A stretch of DNA of 64,000 bases, taken from the NCBI GenBank assembly GCA_965222605.1, contig OZ244960.1, positions 1,312,001 to 1,376,000 of the forward strand. Reading direction: 5' to 3'. Source of the DNA: Candidatus Latescibacterota bacterium (GTDB taxonomy: Bacteria; Latescibacterota; UBA2968). Every line of letters starts with the position of its first letter. Position 1 is the first letter of the stretch. Position numbers and translations under genes: made by a program. Positions 37,257 to 47,166 of the stretch are shown here, piece after piece. The notes beneath the pieces were generated by a model. The model did not search any database, was not told the DNA's origin, and saw only the letters and a list, made by a program, of their open reading frames with translations.

Positions 37257-37291
37257 AGAGCCGGGGGAACCTTAGTACAAGGAGGGTTGTC

Positions 37292-38896
37292 ATGTCGAGA
37301 TGTATTCGCAGTATCGTCGCGATCTCACTCGCCGCAGGCGTGATGTGGAGCTGTAGTGGCGAGCGCGTGACCCAGTCGCAGGTACCAGATGAGGCGGACC
37401 ACCATATATCATCCGCTGTGGTGATGGCTACTTTGCGACAGGATGACGCGCTCGTAAGCGGTGCCACAGTCGAACTTTCGCGTTCTGTTGCAGGTCAGAC
37501 CCCAGATTACGCATGGTCTGGGACCACCGACGACAATGGTCGGGCGCGAGTGGAGATTATGTCACACAATGTGACGGGTTATTACCAGGCACGCGCCATG
37601 AAGGACGGGAACACAATCGGTTCCTGGTCGAGCATACCAATTAAAGGAGGCTACGAGGTGATGCTCGACTTGTCCGTTGAAGGAAAAGCACAGGTGATGG
37701 GTTCGGTCCCAATAAAACCAGAGGAACCGCCAACCCAATTTACCGTGCGTATTGAGAACATTTCACCTGTTTTTCCCTATATAGCGAGCGGGATTTTTAT
37801 CGTACCATCGGGCGCTGCCGGTCCCGGTCCACTCCCGCCGGGCCAATCTTATGGATTCTCGTTTGAAGCACCGCCGGGAACCAGATTATTCTTTGTCACG
37901 AAGCTTGTACAGACCGACAGTCTGTTCTATGCCCCCAGTACAGATGGCATCGCGCTTTGGGACGATGCGGGCAATCGCATCTCGGGCGATGTGACAGATC
38001 AGATAATGGTGTGGGATATCGTCGCAATATTGAATCAAGCGTTCGGCAGGGGTGCAGACCGCATCATCATGGGCGACGACATTCCCGCAGTTGACAGCGT
38101 TATCCGCGTAACAATCACGCCGTCTGAAGATTCTGCTACGGGTTTTGGCGTGCAGATTGAGAATGTGTGGAGCGGAGAGCACCCGCAACTACTGACACCA
38201 GGCGTATTTGTTATCCATACGGAGTCTGCACCGCTATTTACACCGGGTTCGCCCGATACGGGCATGGAAGCACCCGCTGAAAATAGAAACCCGGATCGCC
38301 TCACGGAGATGTTCAGCATGCACACAGGCGTGACCGGAATACTGGCACCGGGCGTGTTTGCCGTACATCGGGAAGCTGGCGTGTTATTCACATCGGGTTC
38401 GCCCGATCGGGGCGAGGGCCTCGAAGCACTCGCCGAAGATGGCAACCCGGGTGGTCTGGCAGAGGCACTGGCAAGAAATGACCGCGTATCGACCAACGAG
38501 GCATTTGCCGTGCCCGAAGGAGCAGGTGGTCCCGGACCTTTGCCCCCTAACGGCGCGTATGTCTTTAGCTTCAGCGCGTCAGCGGGCGACCGCCTGTCCT
38601 TTGCCACGATGTTTGTCCACTCCAATGACCTGTTCTTTGCCCCCGGCGAGGAAGGTATCGCTCTCTTTGGAGAAGACGGATCGGCAATAATGGGCGATAT
38701 TACGTCAATGGTCCAGTTGTGGTATGCCGGTACAGAAGTCAACCAACCCCTCGGTGTTGGTCTCGACCAGGCGCCGCGTCAATCTGGCCCCAACACGGGT
38801 GCTCCAGACCCGGACAATACCGTGCGCCTTGCCACGGGCGACCACATTCCCGAGGTTGGCAGCATAATCCGCGTGACGATCACACCGGGTAATTAA
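37292..38896 (+). CDS. Lipoprotein with N-terminal prealbumin/carboxypeptidase-regulatory-like domain and two Spondin_N-like domains
   Basis: Lipobox VMWS-C; FTVRIEN, GLEALAEDG, PGPLPP, LSFATMFVHSNDLFFAP, AGTEVNQ spondin motifs; AAGGAGG RBS. Confidence 0.88.
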   Translation: MSRCIRSIVAISLAAGVMWSCSGERVTQSQVPDEADHHISSAVVMATLRQDDALVSGATVELSRSVAGQTPDYAWSGTTDDNGRARVEIMSHNVTGYYQARAMKDGNTIGSWSSIPIKGGYEVMLDLSVEGKAQVMGSVPIKPEEPPTQFTVRIENISPVFPYIASGIFIVPSGAAGPGPLPPGQSYGFSFEAPPGTRLFFVTKLVQTDSLFYAPSTDGIALWDDAGNRISGDVTDQIMVWDIVAILNQAFGRGADRIIMGDDIPAVDSVIRVTITPSEDSATGFGVQIENVWSGEHPQLLTPGVFVIHTESAPLFTPGSPDTGMEAPAENRNPDRLTEMFSMHTGVTGILAPGVFAVHREAGVLFTSGSPDRGEGLEALAEDGNPGGLAEALARNDRVSTNEAFAVPEGAGGPGPLPPNGAYVFSFSASAGDRLSFATMFVHSNDLFFAPGEEGIALFGEDGSAIMGDITSMVQLWYAGTEVNQPLGVGLDQAPRQSGPNTGAPDPDNTVRLATGDHIPEVGSIIRVTITPGN

Positions 38897-38920
38897 CTGA
38901 CGTTACGCAGCAGATATATC

Positions 38921-38950
38921 AAGGGGCGAGTCTTCGGACTCGCCCTTTTT
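38921..38950. terminator. Intrinsic terminator between convergent genes
   Basis: GGGCGAGTC-TTCG-GACTCGCCC-TTTTT with a C(UUCG)G tetraloop. Confidence 0.88.
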
Positions 38951-38957
38951 GCGTATA

Positions 38958-39719
38958 TCAGATGTGCATACGCAACATAGGACGGCTGAATGAAACAGGC
39001 ATGTAATCCCCAGTTCTTTTGCGTTTTGTACCGGGGATCATAAAGTGGATGGCAAAGGCGCGACGCTGGCGGTCTGTGTGATTGGGCGGTGTGTGATGCA
39101 GGGTTTGGCAATGGTGAAACATAACGCCACCGGCGGGCAACTCGATAATTTTGGCTTTGGATATATCCACCTGATCTTCGATATCAAACAGCGCATCGGT
39201 TTGAGATGAACGCTCATGGGTGAATGGGCGAAGATGAGAGCCGGGGATGACGTGCATAGCCCCGTTTGTCACATCGGCATCATCCAGAGTGAGCCAGCAT
39301 GAGACGAGATTGGCAGGCATACATTGCCAGTACCCATTGTCTTGATGCCAGAAAACCGCATCTCCATTATGTGCGGGTTTGAAGAGCGCCTGATCGTGGA
39401 AGAGTTGAATATTTGGACCGATGAGTGCCTCGGCAATATCGAGTATGGGGTCATAGTAAATGAGTTCCCTGTAGTGCAGATTGCGCTCACACATTTGCAT
39501 GATCTGCAGCATTTGTGTGGACGCGTTGTTTTTTTCACTGAGATCATCGGTATTGCTAATGGCGAGATTGCGAAAGCGGTTATTCTTCCGCGCGGCTGCA
39601 AATTCGCGGTCGTATTCCCGGCGCAATATCTCGATGTGTTCATCCTCGAGAATTTTGCCAATCGCGATATAGCCATTCTGGTGAAAAAATTCGATTTGCT
39701 CCGAGGTTAATGCAGACAT
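38958..39719 (-). CDS. Phytanoyl-CoA dioxygenase (PhyH) family Fe(II)/2OG dioxygenase
   Basis: LTSEQIEFFHQNGY, WHQD, WLTLDDA..NG.M..IPGSH, distal LHHT, RRAF. Confidence 0.92.
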   Translation of the reverse strand: MSALTSEQIEFFHQNGYIAIGKILEDEHIEILRREYDREFAAARKNNRFRNLAISNTDDLSEKNNASTQMLQIMQMCERNLHYRELIYYDPILDIAEALIGPNIQLFHDQALFKPAHNGDAVFWHQDNGYWQCMPANLVSCWLTLDDADVTNGAMHVIPGSHLRPFTHERSSQTDALFDIEDQVDISKAKIIELPAGGVMFHHCQTLHHTPPNHTDRQRRAFAIHFMIPGTKRKRTGDYMPVSFSRPMLRMHI

Positions 39720-39738
39720 TGTGTACTCCTGATAAAAA

Positions 39739-40761
39739 TTAACTCAACAATTCCTCTGTATAAGCAAATAGCGCAGGCGTCCCGCCCGTATGCACCATCA
39801 CCACAGTTTCATCTTTGCCAATCTCGCTGCGGTTCACCATATCAATCAACCCCGCCAGCGTTTTGCCCGTATAAATTGGCTCCAGCAAAATCCCCTCTGT
39901 TCGCGCCAATAGCCTTATCGCGTCATTGCCCTCGGGTGAACAATACCCATATCCCTGCTCGCCGACATACCGATCCACATTTTCAATCATAGATTCATCA
40001 AACGCGACATCCACATCCAAAATCTCCGCCATTTGTCTCAATACACCCAAAAATGCGTCTTTGAGATCATAAGACCACAAAATGGGCCTCACGCCCACAA
40101 TCCGCACATCCAATCCCAAAACGGTCTTTCCAAAAATCAAACCCGGTTGTGTACAACTGCCCGAACACAAAACAATGGTTGTGGGCGTTTCACCTATTGC
40201 ATCGAACTGATCCATCATCTCGGCCATACACAGCGCGTAACCCATTGCGCCAAACGGGCGATTGGCCGCTTGCATCACCACAAAAGGCTTTCGCCCTTTT
40301 CGCTCAAATTTTTCTATCAGTACCTGCTTGGCATCGTCCAATAACTCCTGCGTTTCAACATCGATCAGTTCAAAGTATGCACCCAATAAATTATCCAACA
40401 GCAAATTGCCCTGCGTACTGCCACTCTTGTGATCCTTCACCAGAACCAGCCCACAATCCACCCCCAGCTTTGCCGCTGCCGCCGCCAACTGCCGGCTGTG
40501 ATTGGACTGAGACCCCGCACCGCCGATGAGCACATCCGCACCGCGAACCAACCCCTGTGCAATCGTAAACTCCAACTGCCGCGTCTTATTGCCGCCAAAC
40601 GCCAGGCCCGTACAATCATCGCGTTTGATATAAATCTTTGGACCTCCAACCGCCTCTGTCAACCGCTCGCAAAACTCGAGCGGCGTGGGCAAATGCCCCA
40701 GCGACACACGCGGGACCTTCTCGATGCGTGCTCTCAATTCGTCACGGGAAATAACAGCCAT
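39739..40761 (-). CDS. PLP-dependent D-cysteine desulfhydrase / ACC deaminase family protein
   Basis: PTPL, IKRDDCTGLAFGGNKTR, QSNHSR, EGILLEPIYTGK, HTGG. Confidence 0.9.
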   Translation of the reverse strand: MAVISRDELRARIEKVPRVSLGHLPTPLEFCERLTEAVGGPKIYIKRDDCTGLAFGGNKTRQLEFTIAQGLVRGADVLIGGAGSQSNHSRQLAAAAAKLGVDCGLVLVKDHKSGSTQGNLLLDNLLGAYFELIDVETQELLDDAKQVLIEKFERKGRKPFVVMQAANRPFGAMGYALCMAEMMDQFDAIGETPTTIVLCSGSCTQPGLIFGKTVLGLDVRIVGVRPILWSYDLKDAFLGVLRQMAEILDVDVAFDESMIENVDRYVGEQGYGYCSPEGNDAIRLLARTEGILLEPIYTGKTLAGLIDMVNRSEIGKDETVVMVHTGGTPALFAYTEELLS

Positions 40762-40964
40762 TATAGACCTCCAGTAAAATCACAGTCAGATGTGTATATC
40801 AGCGCAATCGCAAGCCTATGGAAACGAATATACACGCATGAAGCAAGCGAAAATGCCATTGACATTTCTCAAGATAGCGAATTATTTGTTAAGGGCAGTG
40901 CATACGGGGTTTACATCACAAAAAACCATCGATCAAACATCCAAACCGCAGCAAGAGGCTCCCC

Positions 40965-41942
40965 ATGAAAATACTCATCACCGGAATCACAGGGCGTATC
41001 GGCGGCAATTTAGCAGCGCAGCTCGTTGAACAGGGGCATCGGGTTCGCGGGCTTGTGTGGCCCAAAGATCCGCGCGTAGAAAAATTTGAGGGCATCGACC
41101 TCGAACTCATCGAAGGCAGTCTCACCGAATACGAAGACGTGCAAAAAGTCACCGACGGCATCGACGTGATCTATCACCTGGGCGCGGCCTTTCAGGGTGG
41201 TGGCCCATTTACGGACAACGACTACTTCGAAATCAACCTGCGCGGCACATTCCACATGCTCAAAGCCGCAACCCAACAGGATAACCTCAAACAATTCATC
41301 TTTGCAAGCACAGACGCGCTCTACGCCAAATATCCCCCTGAAGGAATGGACAAACCCATCCGAGAAGACGCAATGCCCCGAGAACCGCGCGGCTGGTACG
41401 CCCTATCCAAATCCGTCGGAGAAGAAATGTGCTACGGGTACTGGCGCACCCACCAACTGCCCATCACCATCTTGCGCTTTTGCATGGTCGTTGGCGCGGG
41501 CGAAATCCTCGACTTCCGCCAATTTTACCTGAGCAAACTCAAAGAACTTCCCGAACTCAGCGCCTTATGGCGAGGGGAAGAACGCCTCCTCCTCCTCAAA
41601 GACATGAAAGGCCGTTCCTACAAAAAACACATCGCCGACGTGCGCGACATTGCACACGGCTGTATCTGCGTATTGAACAAAACACAAGCCGCCGGACACG
41701 TCATTCAACTCGGCGGACCGCGTCCATTCACATGGGCCGAAGCCATCCCGTATCTGTCACAACGCCTGAACATCCCCTATCAGGAAGCCATTATACACGG
41801 CGCGCCCACACATTACGAATACGACCTGACCAAAGCGCGCGACCTGATCGGCTTTAATCCACAATACGACATCATCCGCATGATCGAAGACGCCATTGCC
41901 TATCGAGAGGGGAAAACCATCGACGTCTTGCCCACGGAATAG
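40965..41942 (+). CDS. NAD-dependent epimerase/dehydratase (extended SDR)
   Basis: ITGITGRIG, HLGA, FAST, YALSK catalytic motif. Confidence 0.9.
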   Translation: MKILITGITGRIGGNLAAQLVEQGHRVRGLVWPKDPRVEKFEGIDLELIEGSLTEYEDVQKVTDGIDVIYHLGAAFQGGGPFTDNDYFEINLRGTFHMLKAATQQDNLKQFIFASTDALYAKYPPEGMDKPIREDAMPREPRGWYALSKSVGEEMCYGYWRTHQLPITILRFCMVVGAGEILDFRQFYLSKLKELPELSALWRGEERLLLLKDMKGRSYKKHIADVRDIAHGCICVLNKTQAAGHVIQLGGPRPFTWAEAIPYLSQRLNIPYQEAIIHGAPTHYEYDLTKARDLIGFNPQYDIIRMIEDAIAYREGKTIDVLPTE

Positions 41943-42012
41943 GATCGGGATGGGCAGGATGAAAGGATAGACAGGATACACCCTGCCTCCCACCAAAACC
42001 AAGAGGAAGTAA

Positions 42013-43518
42013 ATGTCTCAACCCAACATACTCATGATCATCTCAGACCAGATGACGCCCTTTCTCACGGGTGCTTATGGACATTCCGTCGTCCAAACAC
42101 CTGCGCTAAACTCATTGGCAGAAAACGGCATTCGCTTTGATGCGGCCTATACCCCCTTTCCGCTCTGTTCACCTGCACGTGCCTGTTTCATGACAGGAAA
42201 CAATGCCGCAAAAATCGGAGCGTATGACAACGGTGCTGAACTCCGCTCAGACATCCCCACTTTTGCCCACCATCTCACCCGCGCCGGATATGACACCGTC
42301 CTATCTGGCAAAATGCACTTCATAGGCGCAGATCAACTCCACGGCTTCAGCCGCCGCCTCACCACAGACATCTACCCGGAAGATTTCCGGTGGGTCAAAC
42401 CCGAATGGATTCACATCAAGGAAACCAGAGGGCAAAATTACCAGGCCATCATGGAACAGCGGGGCAGGTATAACGCCGCCAATTACGACGGTCACAAGCT
42501 CCAAATCGACACATGGCACGGCCCCCTCAGCTACGACGAAGAAACGCATTTCCGTTCACTGGAATACCTCCACGCGGTCGGCACGCAAAAAAATCCCAAA
42601 CCCTTCCTCCTGTGCGCGTCTTACCACCATCCCCACGAACCCTTTTGGCCGCCCCAATCCTATTGGGATATGTACGAAAATGCGGACATCGAAATACCCA
42701 CCCTGCCAGACAACCTGGACGACACATACTCCATGATGGACAAATGGCTCAACGCCTATCACGGCACGCGCAAACACGACCTGCGCGACCCGGACGCACT
42801 CTACAAACTGCGCCGAGCATATTACGCACTCGTCACATACATGGACGACAAAGTGGGAGAACTCCTCGCCTCCCTAAAAGAAAATGGCCTGGACGACAAC
42901 ACCATAGTAATCTTTTTTTCCGATCACGGCGATATGCTCTGCGAAAAAGAAATGGTACAAAAACGAACCTTCTACGACTGGTCCAGCCGCGTACCCTTCT
43001 TTATCCGCTTTCCAGATCAGTACAAAGCCGGCAGCACAATCGACCAGCCCGTCTCGCTCATTGACCTGTTGCCCACCTTATGCGATATGGCGGGATTGGA
43101 AGATCACTACCCCTGCGATGGCACCAGCCAGATGCCACTCATTGAAGGCACAGAAACAGAAGATCGAGAAATTTTTGTTGAAGCCCACGAAGCTGTTGGC
43201 GCGCCCTGCGTCATGATTCGCAAAAATAATTACAAATACAATTATATCCACGGGCACGAGCCGCAACTTTTTGACCTCGACGCTGACCCCGGCGAATGGA
43301 ATAATCTCAGCGGTCAGCCAGACCATGCCGAAATCGAAACCTATCTTCGCACGCGCATCCTCGACAGCTATGACCTCGACGCCATAGCCGAAGCCAATTT
43401 AGACAGCTTGTATCGCAGGCAACTCATCCATCAAGCAATGCAAGCCAATGGTACATCCTGGGCGTACAATCCCAGCTTTGACCCAACCAAAAACGCGCAG
43501 GCACAATATCTTCCATGA
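42013..43518 (+). CDS. Sulfatase, choline-sulfatase (BetC)-like
   Basis: PNILMIISDQ, CSPARACFMTG, GKMHFIGADQLHGF, SDHG, QLFDL..DPGE. Confidence 0.92.
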   Translation: MSQPNILMIISDQMTPFLTGAYGHSVVQTPALNSLAENGIRFDAAYTPFPLCSPARACFMTGNNAAKIGAYDNGAELRSDIPTFAHHLTRAGYDTVLSGKMHFIGADQLHGFSRRLTTDIYPEDFRWVKPEWIHIKETRGQNYQAIMEQRGRYNAANYDGHKLQIDTWHGPLSYDEETHFRSLEYLHAVGTQKNPKPFLLCASYHHPHEPFWPPQSYWDMYENADIEIPTLPDNLDDTYSMMDKWLNAYHGTRKHDLRDPDALYKLRRAYYALVTYMDDKVGELLASLKENGLDDNTIVIFFSDHGDMLCEKEMVQKRTFYDWSSRVPFFIRFPDQYKAGSTIDQPVSLIDLLPTLCDMAGLEDHYPCDGTSQMPLIEGTETEDREIFVEAHEAVGAPCVMIRKNNYKYNYIHGHEPQLFDLDADPGEWNNLSGQPDHAEIETYLRTRILDSYDLDAIAEANLDSLYRRQLIHQAMQANGTSWAYNPSFDPTKNAQAQYLP

Positions 43519-43532
43519 GAATAGGGGGAAAA

Positions 43533-44447
43533 ATGTCCAACAACACACCATTTATCGTCGATAAAAACCTCGGCGCCAACATGACCGTCGAACCGGAAGA
43601 CCTCACGCAAACCAACGCCGATGGAGAACCTGTCATCGCGCCAACGCAAGAAGAAAAATATCTCTTTGATGCGCGCGGTTGGTTGCTTTTTCCGGGCGTC
43701 CTATCCGATGACGACATACGCGACATGCGCGAATTTGCACTACGGGTCAAACACAACCCGCAATCGCTACCAGAACACGAACAATCCTACGTGGCCGGCC
43801 CATTACAAAAACTTGCCGACCACCCCATAGTCGTTGGCTTTATGAACGAATTTGTCGCACATCCCCATCTCGCCAGCCCCGATGGCTATGGCTTTCGCAT
43901 GGAGGCATCCGGCATTCGATTCCGCTCGACGCGCACCGGCGAAGTCGGTGGATTTCGCCCGCACAATGGCAACGGCCTATTTCGCTTTGCAATCGACTCG
44001 CACCATTATCAGTGCATCCCCGGCAAAGCGTATAGCGGTCTAACCCGCGTGGTTTGGGAACTCGCCCCCGTACAAAAAGGCAAAGGTGGAACCCTCGTGG
44101 TCAGCGGCAGCCACAAAGCAGCCTTTGCCGCGCCAGAATCCATTCACGACCCGAACTCACCCATCTGGGACACCTACGAATGCCCAGCCGGCTCACTGCT
44201 CTTCTTCACCGAAGCCATCACCCACAGCGCCACCCCCTGGACGGATGAAACAACCGACCGCGTCGGTATCTTCAACCTCTACAACACCATCGGCTGCAAA
44301 TGGAGCAACTGGCATCCACACCCGGACCTCCTCGCATCCATGCCGTCCAAACGCCAGAGCCTGTTTCGAGATGTCCGCTGCTCAAACAACCGCATTGGCG
44401 GCAACGGCCACTATCACGGTGCAAATCTCAGTGAGATGAAAAAATAA
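43533..44447 (+). CDS. PhyH-family Fe(II)/2OG oxygenase with HxG metal motif
   Basis: EKYLFDARGW, RPHNG, GGTLVVSGSHKA, CPAGSLLFFTEAITHS, DR. Start at 43533 after a GGGGG RBS. Confidence 0.85.
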   Translation: MSNNTPFIVDKNLGANMTVEPEDLTQTNADGEPVIAPTQEEKYLFDARGWLLFPGVLSDDDIRDMREFALRVKHNPQSLPEHEQSYVAGPLQKLADHPIVVGFMNEFVAHPHLASPDGYGFRMEASGIRFRSTRTGEVGGFRPHNGNGLFRFAIDSHHYQCIPGKAYSGLTRVVWELAPVQKGKGGTLVVSGSHKAAFAAPESIHDPNSPIWDTYECPAGSLLFFTEAITHSATPWTDETTDRVGIFNLYNTIGCKWSNWHPHPDLLASMPSKRQSLFRDVRCSNNRIGGNGHYHGANLSEMKK

Positions 44448-44482
44448 GCAGGTCGTTAAAACAAAAAATTCTGGAGACTTTT

Positions 44483-45799
44483 ATGCCGAATCTATCTAAT
44501 CGTCCCAACATCCTCTTCTTTTTTCCCGACCAACTTCGCTTTGATTGGATCGGCAGCAATCCCGACATTGCCGTACGCACACCCAATTTGGATCGCCTGG
44601 AAAAAAACGGAGTAACATTCTCCAAAACCGTCTGTCCCGCGCCAGTATGCGCGCCCAGTCGCGCTTGTGTTGCAGCCGGCACAGAATACGACAACTGTCC
44701 GGTCAAAGGAAACAGCGACGACTATCCCACAGACCGCGCCACCGTTTACAGCCTGCTCCGCGACAGCGGGTACCACACAATGGGCTGTGGCAAATTCGAC
44801 CTCAACAAAGGCACCTGCACATCCAACTTGCCAGCCTGGGGACTGGCTGGCAAACACCATTTGAAAGAATGGGGATTCTCGGACGGCATCAACAACGAAG
44901 GCAAAATAGACGGCGCCAACAGCGGACGCGAAAAACCGCAAGGACCCTATTTGCAATACCTCGAAGTGCGCGGCCTGCGACAAATACACCTCAAAGACTT
45001 TTCCAACCGCAAGGGCCAGAGGAGCACATTTGCCACGCCACTGCCCGATGACGCCTATTGTGACAACTGGATCGGACAAAATGGCCTGGACCTCATTCAA
45101 GCGGTCCCCGCGGACAAGCCCTGGTTCATACAGGTCAATTTCAACGGCCCCCACTTGCCCCTGGACATCACGGAAAGCATGGCAAAACTCTACGAAGGCG
45201 TTGACTTCCCGCAGCCAAACCGCAACGACCAACTCACGCCCGATGAACACCTCGGAGCCAGGCGAAACTACTCCGCCATGGTCGAAAACATCGACCGCTG
45301 TGTTGGTCTCTACCTGGACCTGCTCGAAGAAAGGGGCGAGTTGGACAATACCCTCATCGTCTTTTCCTCGGACCACGGTGAAATGCTCGGCGACCACAAC
45401 GCCTGGGGCAAGGGCAAACCCCTGCACCCCTCGGCCAGCGTGCCCCTCGTCATCTCGGGACCGGGTGTACAACAGGGCATAACCCATGACATGCCCACGA
45501 CCAACCTGGACCTCACTGCCACCTTCCTCGACTACGCAGGCTTAGACATTCCCGACGACATGGACAGCCGCTCCCTCCGCAATCTCCTCGAAGGCAATAC
45601 CGCCACGCATCGGGACATCGTCCTCTCCGGCCTTGGCAACTGGCGCATGGCTTATGATGGCCGCTACAAATACATCGAAGGATTTGGCGACACACCCATG
45701 CTCTTTGATCTCGACACCGACCCACTCGAAAACAACAATCTCATCGACGACCCGGGCGTCTCAGCGCATGTTGAGCGGCTGAAAGCAGAGTTGATATAA
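44483..45799 (+). CDS. Sulfatase-family hydrolase
   Basis: PNILFFFPDQ, CAPSRAC, GKFD, SDHGEMLG, LFDL..DPLE. Confidence 0.92.
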   Translation: MPNLSNRPNILFFFPDQLRFDWIGSNPDIAVRTPNLDRLEKNGVTFSKTVCPAPVCAPSRACVAAGTEYDNCPVKGNSDDYPTDRATVYSLLRDSGYHTMGCGKFDLNKGTCTSNLPAWGLAGKHHLKEWGFSDGINNEGKIDGANSGREKPQGPYLQYLEVRGLRQIHLKDFSNRKGQRSTFATPLPDDAYCDNWIGQNGLDLIQAVPADKPWFIQVNFNGPHLPLDITESMAKLYEGVDFPQPNRNDQLTPDEHLGARRNYSAMVENIDRCVGLYLDLLEERGELDNTLIVFSSDHGEMLGDHNAWGKGKPLHPSASVPLVISGPGVQQGITHDMPTTNLDLTATFLDYAGLDIPDDMDSRSLRNLLEGNTATHRDIVLSGLGNWRMAYDGRYKYIEGFGDTPMLFDLDTDPLENNNLIDDPGVSAHVERLKAELI

Positions 45800-47139
45800 T
45801 GAATAACCATCGTCCCAATATCCTCTTCTTCTGCTCTGACCAGCACCAGACCGCTGCGTCGGGATGTTATGGTCACGCAGAAGTACAAACCCCAAATATC
45901 GACCGCATTGCAGCATCTGGCATCCGCTTTAACAGAGCCTACTGTCAGTCTCCCGTCTGTGTGCCCGCACGCGGCTCGATCATCACCGCGCAATATCCCC
46001 ACACGCACGGCGCGCGCATCTTACAAGATGCCCTATCCCCCGACACGCGCACCATTGCCCATCACTTTGCCGAACACGGCTATCAAACCGGTGCCATAGG
46101 CAAAATGCACTTTGTGGATGAAACGCAAAAACACGGATTTGATTATCGCCTGGAAATGGGAGACTTCCGAAAATCACTCACAGATAGAGAATGGCGGGAA
46201 CTGCGGCGAGATCAGGGCGGTGGAGGTGGCACCTCGGGACGACCGTCCAAATTGTCTGCGCGCTATTTTCAAGACACGTATTACGCCGACGAAACCGTGC
46301 GGTATTTGCGCGAAAAAAGGGATCCCGACAAATCCTTTATCCTCTGGTCATCCTACTTCATGCCGCACACGCCACTCGTCCCCATGCAGCAATACTTCGA
46401 CCTCTACCATCCCGAAACCCTCACCTTGCCCCAACGCAGTGACAACGCGCTTGAAACCGGCTTTGAAGGCCATTCCATTCGCGCCAAACAGCGGGGGTGG
46501 TACACGCAAACAGACGAGGAACTCGGCCGCGCACTCGCCGGATACTACGGCAACATCAGCCAGATGGATGCGTGCATCGGCAAAGTACTCGACGCACTCT
46601 ACGACCTGGGCCTCGACCAGGACACCATCATCGTCTATACCTCCGATCACGGCGAAATGGCCGGCGCACATCGCATGTGGACCAAACACAACATGTATGA
46701 ACAATCGGTCTGCGTGCCGCTCATCATCCACCTGCCCGGAGACATCGACGCCAACACCTCGCACAATCACCTCGTCGAACATGTGGATATCTATCCCACA
46801 CTCGCCGAATTGTGCAACTTGCCCATCCCGGAAAATATCCACGGACGCAGTTTTGCCCCTTTGTTTGACAACCGAATCTACCAGCCGCGCGAATGCGTTT
46901 ACTCCGAATACGATTTTTGTCACGGCGTCTTCACGCGAGACAATCGGTATGTGGGCAAACCGCCAATCCTCATGGTCCGCACAGATCGATGGAAACTCAA
47001 TTATCTGAGCTGGGCACGCTCTGAACTCTTTGATCTCGAAAACGATCCGAATGAATTTCGCAACGTCATTGACGACCCCGCAAATGCCAGTATCGCACGC
47101 GAACTCATCGCCATAGCGAAACGGATGTATGAAAACTGA
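45799..47139 (+). CDS. Sulfatase-family hydrolase
   Basis: PNILFFCSDQH, CVPARGSIIT, GKMHF, SDHGEMAG; start overlaps the upstream stop (TAATG). Confidence 0.92.
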   Translation: MNNHRPNILFFCSDQHQTAASGCYGHAEVQTPNIDRIAASGIRFNRAYCQSPVCVPARGSIITAQYPHTHGARILQDALSPDTRTIAHHFAEHGYQTGAIGKMHFVDETQKHGFDYRLEMGDFRKSLTDREWRELRRDQGGGGGTSGRPSKLSARYFQDTYYADETVRYLREKRDPDKSFILWSSYFMPHTPLVPMQQYFDLYHPETLTLPQRSDNALETGFEGHSIRAKQRGWYTQTDEELGRALAGYYGNISQMDACIGKVLDALYDLGLDQDTIIVYTSDHGEMAGAHRMWTKHNMYEQSVCVPLIIHLPGDIDANTSHNHLVEHVDIYPTLAELCNLPIPENIHGRSFAPLFDNRIYQPRECVYSEYDFCHGVFTRDNRYVGKPPILMVRTDRWKLNYLSWARSELFDLENDPNEFRNVIDDPANASIARELIAIAKRMYEN

Positions 47140-47166
47140 CGCATCAACACAACAAAGGAGCGCATT

